Positions 52,646-64,000 of a DNA stretch of 64,000 nt are shown piece after piece. The first letter of the stretch is position 1, and each line of letters starts with the position of its first letter. The DNA is taken from NCBI GenBank assembly GCA_964016885.1, contig OZ024758.1, positions 30,814,001 to 30,878,000 on the forward strand. The letters are read 5' to 3'. The position numbers were made by a program, and so were the translations under genes. The notes beneath the pieces were generated by a model. That model was not told the origin of the DNA, searched no databases, and was given only the letters and a program-made list of their open reading frames with translations. This stretch comes from Eledone cirrhosa (Eukaryota).

Positions 52646-53970
52646 TCGAGAGAGATTTTAATATTGCATGGATAATATCCAACAGAGTAAAGTTATGTAA
52701 TGTATTCTATAAGATTGTGCGAGAGGATGGCTTTTGATTTCTGCTTGGAGTCCATTTTAGTACACTGCTGAAGCAAAAATAAAAAAAAATGTTACTTAAC
52801 ATTTTATACGATACTTATTTTGACATAATTTGAATAGTAAAGTAAAAATATACTTAAATAGTGATAGTCATGCTAGACCCTATACATACATTCTGATGAT
52901 GACAGTATCGTTTGCATCAATGGTGAAGTGTTTTGCTCAGAAACACAACACACAACCCAGCCAAGGAATCGAACCTACGACATTACAATCGTAAGTACAA
53001 CACACTTACCACTAGGCCTTACGCTTCCAATGAGCCTAAATTAGTAACCATTATAATCGTGCGAATACATCGGCAATTTTATGTACCTGAATTTCAATAT
53101 ACATGTCTTGATGTGTTTATATATTAACAGATATGATTTCTAAAAGAAAACAAACAAAAAATATTATCGACAAATAACACCTAACGAATTTAGACACCAT
53201 TGGATATGATGAATGCAGAACATATATTCCAGTATGATATTATATATATAACAAGCAAATATTTAGAAATGTCCATTGACATTATATAATTTGTTATATT
53301 TCCTAACATTTCTTCTTACACTGTATATACACTCCATAAGAAAATATTCAATTGTTCGTAATGCCCAAGATATAATTTTCTCATTCGCAAATAAAATATT
53401 CAGTCCTGCCGACAGCAAGCTTGAGTTTTTGTTAACCAAGTCCATTAGCAAGAAATTCGAGTTATGATCGATTGATTCACGTAATCCTTATTCTGAATCT
53501 CGATAAATATGAAATAGAATAAAGAAATATAATAGCGGAGTGGTTATCTCCAATCAATGTGTATTTTATGAGGAGGAAAGATCAAACAAATCACCCAGCA
53601 ATCTATATCTTAAAAACATCTCTCATGGGCGACGCTAATGGAAGGGTTGTGTATGTGTTTATGTATGTATGTTACATCCATTTAATATATATATATTGTT
53701 GTTGTTATTATCATGTATTATATATATATTTATATAGTATATATAATATATTTATATTATACAATATATATAATATGTATATTATATTATAAATAAATAT
53801 ATTATGCATACATACACACCCACCCAGACACACACATATGTATATATATATATATACATAAATATTCATAGATAGATAGATACATATATATATATACATA
53901 TATATGAATGTATATATAGTGTATTTTGCACAATTCTAATTATACACACACATATATATATATATATATA

Positions 53971-54138
53971 TAACAAAGGAATTGTGGTAAGGAACCAGAT
54001 GGACCATAACGCACCAGAGTACTCAATACTTAGGGTAGTAGAGTGGGAAATAGGAAAAGGGTATGACCTCGACGGCAGAGCTCAGAAATAGCCGTCGAAA
54101 TGACTTGAGCTCTGCCGTCGAGGGTCATACTTTTTCCT
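53971..54138. mobile_element. Family A fold-back element
   Basis: Terminus 53971-54083 and inverted arm 54084-54138, within TA tracts. Confidence 0.8.
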
Positions 54139-54174
54139 ATATATATATATACATACATACATACATACATACAT

Positions 54175-54260
<86 letters not shown>

Positions 54261-54326
54261 CTATATATATACATACATACATATATATATGTATATATAT
54301 ATAGAAATATATATATACATACGTAC

Positions 54327-54358
<32 letters not shown>

Positions 54359-54384
54359 ATATATATACATACATATATATATAC

Positions 54385-54419
<35 letters not shown>

Positions 54420-54461
54420 ATATATATATATATAAATATATACATATATATATATATATAA

Positions 54462-54492
<31 letters not shown>

Positions 54493-54778
54493 CATATATA
54501 TATAAATATATACATATATATATATACATACATATATATATAAATATATACATATATATATATATATATACATACATATATAAATATATATATATATATA
54601 TATACATACATATATAAATATATATATATACATATATATATTTATATATATACATATATATATTTATATATATATAAATGAAAGGTATAGAAAATATTGT
54701 AGCAAAAAGCCAATATTTATATATATATGCATACATACATACATACATACATACATACATGCATACATACATGCATAC

Positions 54779-54839
<61 letters not shown>

Positions 54840-55671
54840 ACCATTCACACACATATACAACAAAGTGAGAAAACCAAATAAAATATACTAACGTTACAGT
54901 ACTATGGTTGTATTATATGTCCGAATTAATACTATATCTAACATCACTTTATATTTCTTTCAAGGCGAACCCTTATGAATAAATGACGCATAACAAAACA
55001 AACATAGTATTGTAGTATGTATTTGAAAAGTTTCCGTAATCTTCTGTTATTGCTGTGATGAAAGAAACGCTTGTTCTTATCTTAAAAGACTGTAATTACC
55101 AGGTCGATGAATGTACTAGAAACTCGAATGTTATAATTAGAACTGTATTAGATTGTAAATGTATATATACAGCCGGTCAGCAGCTTTTGTGTGTAATATT
55201 CATGGTGGGAGGGGTTCATTTCTTAAATTGATATCTTTATCAATACAAAGAACGATAAATATATATGTTGTTGTCTAGTGATAGGTCAGCTCTGATTGAG
55301 CTCACCTACGATCAAAGTCATTCTAGCAATGACTACAACGTCTTTCTCACACCTACTGCGTTATCCGATGACCTTTTATTGTAATGCGGTGCCCGGGCAA
55401 GCAGGAAATTGAAAGAGATTCATGAGATATTTCTAGTAGGGGACCACATGGAAGTTGTATTGTTAGGTCCAAATAAGTATGTGGTAGCTCGATGTTACCA
55501 TGGGAGCACAATGATAAGGACCCCCCCCCCCCACACACACACATACACATGCACTGACAATACTCAAACGTTGGACATATCAGCCCAGATGATATGTCCA
55601 ACCGTGACTACTCCTGCCTACACTACAGTTCCCGAAGTGACGAAACTTTTAACATTATTGTGACTTTACAA

Positions 55672-55855
55672 GGGCGGCGGATTGGCAGAGGGTTGGACGC
55701 CGTGCTTTGCAGAAAAGAGTTACGGCCCTTTATGGTCTGATTTCAAATCCTGCCGAGGTTAACTTTGCTTTTCATCCTTACGGGGTCGATAAAATAAAGT
55801 ACCTGTAATGCACTGGGATAATTGCTGGCCTTGTGCCAAAAGTAGAAACAATTAT
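55672..55855 (+). mobile_element. Nin-domain SINE
   Basis: Near-full copy; short flanking direct repeat ATTATTGTGACTTTACAA on both sides (TSD-like). Confidence 0.85.
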
Positions 55856-56340
55856 TGTGACTTTACAAAATAACTCCCACTGAGTAAAATTTTTGATCTG
55901 TCCTTAAGTTTTTATGCCTCTCTTAAAATTTTTCTTCCACGTAAAATTTTTGATCTAAGATAGAATTATATCCATATAAAATGTTTATTTTTCCTATAAA
56001 ATTTTGTCACCCTTTATAAAATTTTTATTCTGGTCTTTAAATTTTTTACAGAATTTAATAATTGTGTTCCTGTAAAGTTTTAGGTAAAACTTTACATTTT
56101 TCAAAATTACTATTTCTACTTAATTTCAACACGTTAGAATTTTATTTCGGTAAAATTTCAACAACATTTATTTTATACCGTTCTGTAAAATTGTAATATC
56201 TTTTGTAACATTTTTAACTGCTGCATAACCTCCAACCACTTCCAATCTTATATAAGGTACGAATCCAAAATATAGATACCCATGGTTAGTTTTCTTATAT
56301 TTGAAATGTCGAATTTGGTTGAAAGCAACCCCAAAGTTTT

Positions 56341-57012
56341 CAAATATATAGAGGACATACACAGATATACACATTATCAAATGTATAGAGGACATACACA
56401 CATACACACATTATCAAATGTATAGAGGACATACACAGATATACACATTATCAAATATATAGAGGACATACACAGATATACACATTATCAAATATATAGA
56501 GGACATACACAGATATACACATTATCAAATATATAGAGGACATAAACAGATATACACATTATCAAATATATAGAGGACATACACAGATACACACATTATC
56601 AAATATATAGAGGACGTACACAGATATACACATTATCAAATATATAGAGGACATACACAGATACACACATTATCAAATATATAGAGGACATACACAGATA
56701 CACACATTATCAAATATATAGAGGACATACACAGATATACACATTATCAAATATATAGAGGACATACACGCATACACACATTATCAAATATATAGAGGAC
56801 GTACACAGATATACACTTTATCAAATATATAGAGGACATACACAGATACACACATTATCAAATATATAGAGGACATACACAGATACACACATTATCAAAT
56901 ATATAGAGGACATACACAGATATACACATTATCAAATATATAGAGGACATACACAGATATACACATTATCAAATATATAGAGGACATACACATATATACA
57001 CATTATCAAATG
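56341..57012. repeat. Minisatellite, 37-bp unit, ~18 copies
   Basis: CAAATATATAGAGGACATACACAGATATACACATTAT. Confidence 0.95.
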
Positions 57013-57456
57013 TAACATTAGCTACCTAAGCCAATGATCTTCCCCATGAAATTGTTCGGAAGATTGTACCTCTTCACATGTTGATGTTATACTTATCTAG
57101 TTTTATGAGATATCAGTGAAGTAAGGATGTAGCTAAAATTAACATGAGGAAATTGGACAGCTCGTCCTGAGGAGCTGGGGAGAGGAACTAGTGGATTTGG
57201 TCAATTTACTTTTAATACTATAATACATATTTCCTATAGGCAGTCATCGCCGACTGCGAACGGACTGTCTATGAGGATAATGACAATGATGATCACATAT
57301 ATATATATGCGCGAAATTTATTATAATTATTGACCAACCAATCAAATTACTTCTCGAAAAACCTGGCATTTCGAGCCACTTTTTCCATATAAAACAAGTA
57401 ACTTTCAGAGACCAACCAGATGTGAGAAAAACCACAGACCCTCCATCTCAACTCTA

Positions 57457-57492
57457 CTTTTGAAAAGCAGAAGAATTGCGAAACCGATAAAG
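57457..57492 (+). ncRNA. Minimal type I hammerhead, U3-A8 variant (ACCGGT family)
   Basis: CTT-TTGAAAA-GCAG(AAGAA)TTGC-GAAAC-CG-ATA/AAG; one substitution in stem III. Confidence 0.6.
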
Positions 57493-57810
57493 GAACCAAA
57501 TAAATATATATATTTTTTTAAAATAAGACTGCAGTTGCATTTTCGATTTCATCTTTTTTTCTCTATACTTTCACTCGTGTAGGTTATTTTTCATTTTGTA
57601 AAAAAAACTCACTTTCTAATATATCTATATATATATATATATATATATAAATTTTAGTACAGCATAGACGAAGCTCTAGTATACGGCCAAGCTAGCGTGT
57701 ATGCTTATTCGGTTTGTAGCTTTAGCACTCAGATGAGGTAAGACCCCAGAGTATAACATTATGTTCAGACAGCTTAGCAAATTAGATATAACAGTCGGCA
57801 GTTCAACCGC

Positions 57811-57851
<41 letters not shown>

Positions 57852-57858
<7 letters not shown>

Positions 57859-58002
57859 ACTAGAAATTGATTGACATATATATATATATATATAAAATAA
57901 ACACATGAAACAATCACAGGGGATAATTTGTATCTGTGATTGTTTCATGTGTTTATTTTATATATATATATATATATGTCAATCTATTTCTAGTTGATAT
58001 AT
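57852..58002. repeat. Inverted repeat whose arms each contain a TA tract
   Basis: TCAACTAGAAATTGATTGAC(AT)nAAAATAAACACATGAAACAATCACAG versus its complement at 57935-58002. Confidence 0.85.
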
Positions 58003-58254
58003 AATGCTCGGATCTATTCATTGGAATCTTTGAGCATATTCTACAGTGGATATGGAGCATCCATTTTATTAAACAATACTGAAGTGTGCCAGTGTCATAT
58101 TGTCGATAGATGATACATAGGTGTAAAATTATTTCATGGATGTTAGTTCTTTACTGAAGTGAAATATTTTTTAGGGGGTGTTATAAAATATATTTTAACC
58201 GAATATTAGTTTTGTTTTATTATTAATAAAACATTAAAATTGCAAATAATATCC

Positions 58255-58328
58255 AAATTTTTCTGCGGACCACCAAACTTTCTTTCGGACCACCAGCGGT
58301 CCACGGACCACCGATTGGCTACCACTGC
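58255..58328. mobile_element. hAT-type element 3' terminus
   Basis: Repeated GGACCAC subterminal motifs ending in ACCACTG. Confidence 0.5.
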
Positions 58329-59209
58329 CTTAGACTATTCTATAAGCCGCATTACAATTTATGAGAGATAAAGTGTTAAGTCTCTAAATAACATCATTGA
58401 TAACCTTTGTCTGTATAACCACAATATATTTACCTATACTCTGTGTCATGAAATTACGAAGAAAGTCGTAACGGATCATTTATGTGGGAAATGTTGTTGG
58501 ATTTGATAAGGTCTTGGGAAAAGTAGAGAAGTGATATTTCATAGCTTTAGGCTTTCAATTAGTGAATCGAAATTTAAAAGCAATTAATCAGGATTCAAAT
58601 TGTGTTGGAGGAGATATTCTAAGCACATACAGAGAGTGTGAGAGGGGGAGGGTGAAAGTATGAGAGAGTATGTGCGGGAGAGAAAGAGTGTTAGAGAGAG
58701 TATGTGTGGTGGAGAAGGAAAAAGATAGAGTATGTATGTGTGTGAGAAGGAGAGGAAGAGAGAGAGAGAGAGAGAGAGTATGTGTGGGAGAGAAAGAGCG
58801 TAAGAGAGAGTATGTGTGGCGGAGAAGGAAAAAGAGAGAGTGAGTATGTGTGTGAGAAAGAAAGGAAGAGAGAGAGAGAGAGTGTGGGAGAGGGAGGGCG
58901 AAAGTATGAGAGAGTATGTGCGGGAGAGAAAGAGCGTAAGAGAGAGTATGTGTGGGGGAGAAGGAAAAAGAGAGAGTGAGTATGTGTGTGAGAAAGAGAG
59001 GAAGAGAGAGAGAGTATGTGTATGGGAGAAAGAGAGTAAGAGAATCACACAAGATCATACGCACGTATCATTTCCACATATGTATGTGTATATAAGTATA
59101 TATGTGTACACACACACACACAAATGCATGTATGTATGTATGTATGTATGAGTGTATGAATGTAGGTGTGTGTGTGTGTGTGCGCGCGCGTGTAAAACAA
59201 ATTTAATTA

Positions 59210-59407
59210 CGAGGGTCGACTGAAAGGTTCATAAGTTGACTTTAAAGGAGTAATGCTAGAGCTGTGAAATCTTGCATGCATTAATTTCAACTCTTCTTAT
59301 TAATAACTGCATTGTTTCTTTCCAGGGACTATGTTGAAAAATAAACCTCATTTGGTCATTCCATGAGAGTATCTTGGTCAGCCTATGAACTTTTCATCTG
59401 ACTCTCG
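59210..59407. mobile_element. Mariner-type MITE
   Basis: TA|CGAGGGTCGACTGAAAGGTTCATAAGTTGAC...GTCAGCCTATGAACTTTTCATCTGACTCTCG|TA; ~30-bp TIRs and TA target-site duplication. Confidence 0.8.
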
Positions 59408-59493
59408 TATATATATAAATGTGTGTATGTGTGTGCAAAGCTACAATAATAACACACATATAGAACGGTATATATATATATTTCTCACTCAAC

Positions 59494-59531
<38 letters not shown>

Positions 59532-59571
59532 ATGAAATATAAGAATCAAAGAACTGTTCAAAACATTATTG

Positions 59572-59618
59572 TGCTTACAGCTGTTTCCTCCAAACCGAGG
59601 TTTGGATTCTTCGGAACA
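59572..59618 (-). ncRNA. Type I hammerhead ribozyme, U4C variant (inverted pLTR)
   Basis: TGTT-CCGAAGA-ATCCAAAC(CTCG)GTTTGGAG-GAAAC-AGCT-GTA/AGCA. Confidence 0.75.
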
Positions 59619-60547
59619 ATTTATTAATGCATGGACAGTTATATGACCTCCTTTTCAGCCGAGAGACATACCAATACATATTCAAACATTGATACATATT
59701 CAAACATTGTGGGTCAACATTCATTACAGAATTTAGAGTGGCAGTACACACTTCGAGATTACATTTATATTAATAGGTACAATCAAAAATCAAAGATATA
59801 GGTTAAAGTACAACATGAAGATAAGTGGTTATATAGTGCAAATGTTATATGTGTGGCACGCATGTGCGTCTTGTTTATATAGTGTGGCAGAGAGATATGT
59901 GTGGTAGAGGCACTTAGGTAGGTAAATAAGAGTGTTAGGTTGGTAGATCTGGTGGCAAAGTCTTTATATGATTGATATAGTCTGTGTGTGGAGAAATATT
60001 ATAAGCATTAAAGATAGTGCAAGCATTAAAAGTGTTATAATTATTGGAGATGCACAGCGCAGGGATGTCAAGTAATTCATGTACTTCGGCATTTTCATGG
60101 TCAAGGGAGTGTATATTTCGATTATATGCCTTTCACACAATCCACGACAATCCAGTTAGAGATCGTAGTCTGGTGTTCTTTAGTTCGATACAGGAGGTTG
60201 TTACGTTTCGAGAAACGCCATTGAATACCGGAAGTGTGTGTGTGGCTAAGGGGAGTTAATGCATGCGGGGAGGTAACTCTGGGGTTTCTATATCTAGCCA
60301 TTAAAATGTGTCCCAATATAGACCCTAAATTCTATGGTGAGGTGCACCTTCCAAGAGAGACTTTTAAAGCATAAAGTGTACTAACTATAGAGTAGTTTAA
60401 CTAAATTATGCTGAAGGTGATCATATTATTATTAAGGTGGATTAACCCATCTTAAGGTGCTACAAATGGAAATTATAGATGATGAGCGAGGATTCTAAAT
60501 TAATGATCTCTGTGGTTGTAGTCTGCTCATATGACCAGGCGCGGTGA

Positions 60548-61372
60548 TTGCAGGATTGCTTCAGCCTAAATGTCTCCACCAACATACCTAGGGCTTTCTT
60601 CTCACTACTAGATAAAAACTTCCCTCTAGGACACAAGTACCACAACCTCTTAAACAAAAACACCATTAAAATCTCATACTCTACGACGCCTAACTTAGCA
60701 TACCACATAGCTAGCAGCAATAATAGTAAAATTAGTTCTTACTTCCAACAAACAAAATCACAACGGGATGCAAACCCTCTAAATACCACTGTAGCAAGCA
60801 ACAATAGCAACGGCAGTAACAATAGAAATAACACTAGTATAAGTAATAACACCAGGGTTGCCAACCCGAACACCCAAAATCCTATATCCACCACACAGAC
60901 TTCCGCATTGCATTATAACCAGCGGACTAACGCACAGAATAATTGTAACTGTAGAGCTAATAGAACCTGCCCTTTAGATAAAAAATGCCTAACCAAGGAT
61001 GTCATATACTCATGCACAGTCACGACTAATAACTCTTCAGAAACCTATGTAGGCTCCACTTCTAACTGCTTCAAAATCAGATATAACTCGCACATCCACT
61101 CGTTCAAAAAGCACAGCCTAGCCAACTCCACCTCACTTTCTAGCTACATACACTATCTAAAATCTAAAAATAAACCATACACACTCAAATGGGAAGTGAT
61201 AGGCAGCGCGACCTCGTACAAACCACCTAATAAATTCTGTAACCTCTGTATACTAGAGACACACAATATTATCTTCTCCAACCGTAACCTACTTAACAAA
61301 AAATCTGAGGTGTTTGCAACTTGCCAGCACCGCCTCAGACATTCCTTCCAAAACTTTAAGCCCTATATATAG
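60548..61372 (+). pseudogene. PLE ORF C-terminus: linker plus intact GIY-YIG endonuclease (RT lost by 5' truncation)
   Basis: FSLNVSTNI...LLDKNFP..HKYH.LLNKNTIKISYS, an Asn-rich linker, then CNCRANRTCPLDKKCL..VIYSC.V...YVGSTS..FKIRYNSH...CNLCILE...CQHR. The ORF start is created by the inversion junction. Confidence 0.9.
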
Positions 61373-62815
61373 CAATGTCGGACTGGAACCTAACACCACA
61401 TCTAGCATCAAACACCAGAGACACACCCTATACTACATACCCAACACTAGCTGATCCATTATAACACAAACAACGACATCCCTCTGGAACCCTTCGCAGG
61501 GAAAATACCCATTTATACCTCTACGGCAGGTGTGACAACATCCACCCACTTGGACGGCACTACACCGCTCTAAGGGTAATTTGAGCATGAATTGATCGGT
61601 TGGATGGTGTTGGGCAGAGGAAACACCTTCCTTAGACAGATGTAAAATGATTTAATCGAGTAGCGCTGTTGACCAGTAGGACCGGGCTGCTGAGCGCAGT
61701 GAGTGAATGCAATGCAACTGCCGTGCGGGTTGTACGTATATGGATGATCTGACGGTCAGAGACGGGTCGCGAGGACTGCGGATTGACCTTTGGCCTGCCT
61801 GGGGACGATTATCTTTCGACATCCAATGTAGCAAGCGATGACCCAGATCTTACCAGAGATCATTGGGTCCTGAAGCAATCCTGCAATCACCGCGCCTGGT
61901 CATATGAGCAGACTACAACCACAGAGATCATTAATTTAGAATCCTCGCTCATCATCTATAATTTCCATTTGTAGCACCTTAAGATGGGTTAATCCACCTT
62001 AATAATAATATGATCACCTTCAGCATAATTTAGTTAAACTACTCTATAGTTAGTACACTTTATGCTTTAAAAGTCTCTCTTGGAAGGTGCACCTCACCAT
62101 AGAATTTAGGGTCTATATTGGGACACATTTTAATGGCTAGATATAGAAACCCCAGAGTTACCTCCCCGCATGCATTAACTCCCCTTAGCCACACACACAC
62201 TTCCGGTATTCAATGGCGTTTCTCGAAACGTAACAACCTCCTGTATCGAACTAAAGAACACCAGACTACGATCTCTAACTGGATTGTCGTGGATTATGTG
62301 AAAGGCATATAATCGAAATATACACTCCCTTGACCATGAAAATGCCGAAGTACATGAATTACTTGACATCCCTGCGCTGTGCATCTCCAATACTTATAAC
62401 ACTTTTAATGCTTGCACTATCTTTAATGCTTATAATATTTCTCCACACACAGACTATATCAATCATATAAAGACTTTGCCACCAGATCTACCAACCTAAC
62501 ACTCTTATTTACCTACCTAAGTGCCTCTACCACACATATCTCTCTGCCATACTATATAAACAAGACGCACATGCGTGCCACACATATAACATTTGCACTA
62601 TATAACCACTTATCTTCATGTTGTACTTTAACCTATATCTTTGATTTTTGATTGTACCTATTAATATAAATGTAATCTCGAAGTGTGTACTGCCACTCTA
62701 AATTCTGTAATGAATGTTGACCCACAATGTTTGAATATGTATCAATGTTTGAATATGTATTGGTATGTCTCTCGGCTGAAAAGGAGGTCATATAACTGTC
62801 CATGCATTAATAAAT

Positions 62816-62862
62816 TGCTCCGAAGAATCCAAACCTCGGTTTGGAGGAAACAGCTGTAAGCA
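62816..62862 (+). ncRNA. Type I hammerhead ribozyme, U4C variant (3' pLTR)
   Basis: TGCT-CCGAAGA-ATCCAAAC(CTCG)GTTTGGAG-GAAAC-AGCT-GTA/AGCA. Confidence 0.8.
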
Positions 62863-63079
62863 CAATAATGTTTTGAACAGTTCTTTGATTCTTATATTTC
62901 ATATAACTGCTCTGTAAATCATCTGATGTTTTTACATTGAGCTACTTAACTTACTGGTAATAAGGTAGTAATACATTATTGCCTACCACTATTTAGGGTG
63001 TGTGTAAAATACTTACAACTGCTTAAGGTTTTGTGTTTACATAACCATAAATAGTATAACTAATACTATATATATATAT

Positions 63080-63095
63080 ATATTTCCCACTCATC

Positions 63096-63144
<49 letters not shown>

Positions 63145-63154
63145 CCCACTCATC

Positions 63155-63233
<79 letters not shown>

Positions 63234-63443
63234 CCCACTCATCGGTATATATATATATATATATTTCCCACTCATCGGTATATATATAAATATATATATT
63301 TCCCACTCATCGGTATATATATATATATATATATTTCCCACTCATCGGTATATATATAAATATATATATTTCCCACTCATCGGTATATATATAAATATAT
63401 ATATTTCCCACTCATCGGTATATATATATATTTCCCACTCAAC

Positions 63444-63510
<67 letters not shown>

Positions 63511-63784
63511 TTTGAGTATATGTTGGTTATATACCAACACCTCAGTAAGCAGGCAGGAGCACTCGATGAAGTGCGCAGGTTGGTTTGGTTACTCCGGAGT
63601 AATGTAAAATAAAGTTAAATAAAAAGTAAAATGTTTAAAATTTAGCTTCGTTTATAACCGAAGCTAAATTTTAAACATTTGACTTTTTATTTAACTTTAT
63701 TTTATATATATATATATATATATTTCTCACTCAACGGTATATATATATATATATATATATATTTCCCACTCAACGGTATATATA

Positions 63785-63828
<44 letters not shown>

Positions 63829-63840
63829 CTCACTCAACGC
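63080..63840. repeat. Compound minisatellite TTTCYCACTCAWCGG-(TA)n, interrupted by a fold-back insert (63508-63705)
   Basis: A 15-bp motif repeated about 12 times with variable TA spacers, also present at 59481. The hairpin 63606-63705 matches the family at 14598-14647. Confidence 0.85.
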
Positions 63841-64000
63841 AGATTATGTAATAACACACAATGCATAGAATCAGTTTCTTTTTCTTGAAAATAATCGAAG
63901 GATTTCTACTTGAAACTTCCTGAAATTTTTCTTGTAGTGTATGAAAGAGGAAGGGTACTATTCATACATCCTCTCTTCTTCTTTTTCTTCTTCTTCTTCT

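Larger units (their letters stand above)
59529..63068 (+). mobile_element. Penelope-like retroelement, 5'-truncated, with ~1035-bp inverted pLTR
   Basis: 59529-60564 is the near-identical reverse complement of 61870-62905. GIY-YIG ORF at 60548-61372, an HHR in each arm, TA-rich flanks. Confidence 0.92.

Overview
AT-rich, repeat-dominated eukaryotic DNA, most likely an octopus/coleoid cephalopod genome (inferred from the (TA)n density, Nin-domain tRNA-derived SINEs and the transposon mix). No host protein-coding gene is supportable. Almost all ORFs in the track are microsatellite artefacts or transposon fragments. The window holds Penelope-like element (PLE) GIY-YIG fragments, RTE, R4/Dong, CRE and Ingi/Vingi-like LINE remnants, Helitrons, a pogo/Tigger relic, mariner and hAT MITEs, many SINEs and six minisatellites. 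The main hidden signal is about 26 intact-looking type I hammerhead ribozymes (HHRs) plus several degenerate ones, read by eye, from a dozen or more families. Most lie in short elements inserted into (TA)n tracts. They include U3-A8 and U4C core variants, very long stem II domains and palindromic (probably dimeric) stem III. Three families occur as non-coding, more-than-unit-length 430-590 nt repeats with one ribozyme per unit (retrozyme/circRNA-like). Most insertions into (TA)n, including RTE LINEs, are fold-back or twin-primed, and many families share a 3'-terminal ACTC...GAGT hairpin.
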